Shown here piece by piece: positions 60,050-64,000 of a stretch of 64,000 nucleotides of DNA (its first letter is position 1; every line of letters begins with the position of its first letter). Both the position numbers and the translations under genes were made by a program. The stretch comes from Lytechinus pictus. Taxonomy: Eukaryota. The DNA is taken from positions 30,692,001 to 30,756,000 of the forward strand of contig NC_087251.1 in assembly GCF_037042905.1 (NCBI RefSeq). Reading direction: 5' to 3'. Below the pieces are notes generated by a model that was given only the letters and a program-made list of their open reading frames with translations, searched no databases and was not told the origin of the DNA.

Positions 60050-60245
60050 TACTTACTTAGTCTTACCTACTGCCCGATGCCTCCTGACATGTAGAGCAAC
60101 AACAAAGGACCTCCACTCCTGGCGGCCAGTGGTTCTGGGCCGTCTCCTGGAAACTCCCCCGGGCTAGGTCATATTCACCGACTTCATCTCCTCCTCAAAT
60201 GTGATGCCAGGACAGGTAGTTTTGGGTCTCCCTCTCTTTCTCCTG
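60050..60245 (-). mobile_element. RTE-clade LINE 3' fragment
   Basis: RKRGRPKTT...FEEEMKSVNMT...ETAQN...EWRSFVVAL across frameshifts, ending in a (TAAG)n-like tail. Confidence 0.8.
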
Positions 60246-61619
60246 AAATGTCATAAACAGATCTATTCATCAAAAATCTGACTTAAAATGGTGGGAAAAT
60301 AATGAATTTAGGGCATTGGCAAGAGTTCCATATGCACCCCCACTAAAATTGAAAATAAAAACATGAAGAAGGTTCAGAATAATATATCTAGCACAACATA
60401 GAACATATATGATGGGGGAGTGGATAGTACTAGGAGTGGAAATACATACTAAAATATGGCTTTATTCCGTCAAATTTCGAGCATGTATGGATGTATCTAG
60501 TGTGTGTAATTGTCCATAGACATCGGTTTATTTACTCAAGGGTCTGTGAGTCAAGTCTAGTCGAACTATTGGCTGATAATCGTTAAAATACCCCTTCCGG
60601 CATCAGCACTTCTCGCTAGCATAGCAGGAACAGGTCTTGACTGCAAATAAAACGAGGTGATCTCAAGTCCCAACTAAGGTGCCAACACAAGCACAAGGGT
60701 AAAAAAAATTATAGAAAAATCTGAAGTGAACGAACTGGAATGGAATTAAGTCTCAACAATCTTATTTTTTATCATGTTGGTGGGGGGTACATTGGAATGG
60801 CATATGGAACTCTTTCCAGGGCATTTCATGTGACGTCCTCAAAATGCAGCCTCTGTGACTGTGCTTTCTTATCGAAATCTTCGCATCATGCGTAATAGGT
60901 CTGTGTATAAAGTGAATAGGTGCGCAGACATCGGCCACTATTAGTATTACCCAGTTGTTGTGTGTCCGGACGATCAATTTTAGAAAGTCATTTGGAAAAA
61001 AATTACAAGCAAAGTTCCATCAATTTTTAGTACAAAATATTAGGAAATATTATAAAGAACAAAATAGAAGATGATAACAAGTATTGAATTCACATTTTTA
61101 GTGTAATCCAAAGATAAAAAGAAGGCTTCAAAAAGATAAACTGTCCGGACACCCGACCCCCATCCTACCAGTACCACTAACTTAATAATTTTGTTCAATT
61201 AAAATGTAATTATGGTCAGTTCCCCCATGTCTGCGCGGTCTCCCAAGTCTGCGCAGACATGGGATACCATTTTTTTTTTCAATCTGAGAGTGAGATTGAG
61301 AATGACTGCCCGAGGTTTTTTCAAGAAAATCTTATATTTTCTTTCATTTTTAATAAGAAATTTGGTACACTGACTTACTCTTAATAATATAAGGAACACT
61401 ATTAACCAAAAGATTTTGTGGAACAACTGCAGAATACCCGGACACTGCGTTACCTTATCGTTGGAGAGCCAGCGCACAACGATGTACTTAAGCTATCAAA
61501 TCAGAAAATCAGCTATAATAAATAATTGAATGATTTACAACTTACAAGTATTTTTTGAATAGATTCTAAGTGTTCAGACTGCACTGTATGTAACGCTAAC
61601 GATGCGAGCGCGCGCGATT

Positions 61620-62705
61620 AGTATGTAGACCAACAGTGTCCGCGATGCCAACGCGTAAATGATGTGTATATTTTCGTAGTACGTGTAGGCCAACACAGTC
61701 CGCGATGCTAGCGGTGCGTTGGTGTCCGTAGTACAGGCCAACACTGCCCGCGATGCCAACGATCTATATATATATCTGTGTGCATCTGTAGTATGTAGGC
61801 CGACATTGCCCGCGATGCCAACGATGTGTATATTTTCGTAGTACGTGTAGGCCAACACAGTCCGCGATGGTAGCGGTGTGTTGGTGTCTGTAGTCGGTAC
61901 AGGCCAACACTGCCCTCGATGCCAACGATCTATATCTGTGTTCTGTAGTATGTAGACCAACAGTGTCCGCGATGCCAACGATGTGTATATTTCCGTAGTA
62001 TGTGTAGACCAACATTGCCCGCGATGCCAACGATGTGTTGGTGTCTGTAGTACAGGCCAACATTGCCCTCGATGCCAACGATGCGATCATATCTGTAGTT
62101 GCCTATGTAAACCAACATTGCCCGCCATGGCAACGATGTGTTGGTGTCTGTAGTACATGCCAACAGTGCCCGCGATGCCAACGATGCGATCATATCTGTA
62201 GTTTCCTATGTAGACCAACATTGCCCGCGATGCCAACGATGTGTTGGTGTCTGTACTGTAGAGTACAGGCTAACATTGCCCTCGATGCCAACGATGTGAA
62301 TGTATCTTTAGTAGGTATAGGCCAACAGCGCCCGCGATGCCAACGATGTGTTGGTGCCTGTAGTAGATGCCAACAGTGCCAACGATGCCAACAATGTAAA
62401 TGTATCTTTAGTACGTATAGGCCAACAGCGCCGGCCAGGATGCCAACGATGTGTTGGTGTCTGTAGTATAGGCCAACCTTGCCCGCGATGCCAACGATGT
62501 GAATGTATCTTTAGTAGGTATAGGCCAACAGCGCCCGCGATGCCAACGATGTGTTGGTGCCTGTAGTAGATGCCAACAGTGCCAACGATGCCAACAATGT
62601 AAATGTATCTTTAGTACGTATAGGCCAACAGCGCCGGCCAGGATGCCAACGATGTGAATATGCCTGTTGTAGAGGCCAACATTGCCGGCGATGCCAACGA
62701 TGTGA
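61620..62705. repeat. Complex GC-rich minisatellite (~45-55 bp units with core GCCCGCGATGCCAACGATGT)
   Basis: More than 20 core copies; alternating unit types; near-exact 203-bp higher-order duplication (identical ORF starts at 62348 and 62551). Confidence 0.95.
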
Positions 62706-62708
62706 ATA

Positions 62709-62721
62709 TAACCCTAACCCT

Positions 62722-62772
<51 letters not shown>

Positions 62773-62815
62773 CCCTAAACCCTAAACCCTAACCCTAACC
62801 CTAACCATAACCCTA

Positions 62816-62879
<64 letters not shown>

Positions 62880-62891
62880 CCCTAACCCTAA
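62709..62891. repeat. Interstitial telomeric repeat (CCCTAA)n with CCCTAAA variants
   Basis: About 180 bp of metazoan telomere repeat, with non-telomeric sequence on both sides. Confidence 0.95.
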
Positions 62892-64000
62892 TTGAATTCA
62901 ATTCCCATTGAATTCAATTCCCATTGAATTCCTTCAATGGGAATTAAAACTTTATTTCATATTTTAATGAAGAAAAAATGAAAATATTTCATGTATAAAA
63001 AATACAAAAGAAATAGAGAGTGAATGACATCGATCACCTCACTAACCAGGATATGCATATATTAAACTGTTTTGTGAAACCATACTTTGAAACGCTTGCC
63101 AACGATGTTTTGAATGTTGCATTGCACGGTCACATCGTTGGTCGTTGGCTAGCGGCGCACCCAACGATGTATAGCAATAGCTAGTAGTAGTAGGTAATTT
63201 AAAAGAGTGTATTAATATTGTACTATTGCACCTTCACATCGTGGGTCGTTGGTTAGCCAACGATGTTTTAAATGTTACATGGCACCGTCACATCGTTGGT
63301 CGTTGGCTAGCGATGTTTTGAATATTATATTGCACCGTCCGTACCGTCACAACGTGGGTCGTTGGCTAGCAGCGCACCCAACGATGTTTAATTATAGCTC
63401 TAGTAGTAGTCAAAGGGCAAAGGTCATTACGTATGGCCTGGATGCATTGCTCGTACGTACCGTCATACGTACGTACGTACGTAGTATAGTAGTAGTAGTA
63501 GTACCAGTAATGCATGTACGTATATAATAGTATGGATATATCTAGGCTACATACCATTGAATTAGTATATAGCTATAGGTCTTGACATCGTTGTGTTGGC
63601 TGACCAACGATTGGGTAGTGAGCAGTGTCGGGGTATTCTGCACTGCAGTTAAGCCGATTTTGTGAAATAAGACGAAATTCATGTTAAATCTTAACTCAAA
63701 TTGTTAGGTGCGCAGACTTGGGGCCCACCATCATAAATGACCATCATCATGACCATGGGCATGGCATGACTGGCCGAGATATTTTCCCAAGAAAATCAAT
63801 TATTTCTCTTAATTTTTTTATGAGACTTTTTGCACACTTACTCATAAGAATACAAGGAACATCATCAATTGAAAGATTTTGTAAAATAACAGGAAATTCA
63901 CGTTAAATCTAAACTCAAATCGTTTAGCCTTTAGGTGTGCTGTGTGCAGACTTGAGACCACCAGCCAGTGGTCCACATCACAGCAGCGAGCAGGCGCTCA

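Noticed and set aside
61574..62760. Cys-rich repetitive ORFs or a CRISPR-like repeat-spacer array
   Set aside because: The 'spacers' are themselves homologous repeats, the context is eukaryotic and there are no cas genes; this is a minisatellite.

Overview
AT-rich, intron-rich animal genomic DNA; the repeat landscape suggests a marine deuterostome, probably a sea urchin (inference). I reconstructed spliced genes by hand. On +: the last exon of one mARC (MOSC) paralog, a complete second mARC gene (3913-8436, 7 coding exons) and a complete PNPT1 gene (14091-34812, 25 coding exons). On -: a complete d4/DPF (Requiem, BAF45) gene (54953-38623, 9 coding exons), convergent with PNPT1. The rest is MITEs (hAT-, piggyBac- and Kolobok-like), Helentron-associated elements, LINE/SINE fragments, a decayed Academ-type transposase, satellites and an interstitial (CCCTAA)n array. 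Most unusual: (1) the DPF start-codon exon lies in one arm of a ~730-bp near-spacerless palindrome whose mirror arm lacks the ATG and the splice donor; (2) a minimal Penelope-type hammerhead ribozyme motif with an adjacent perfect antisense copy lies between the PNPT1 and DPF 3' ends; (3) the PNPT1 C-terminal coding segment is duplicated just after its stop codon. Most ORF-track entries are spurious.
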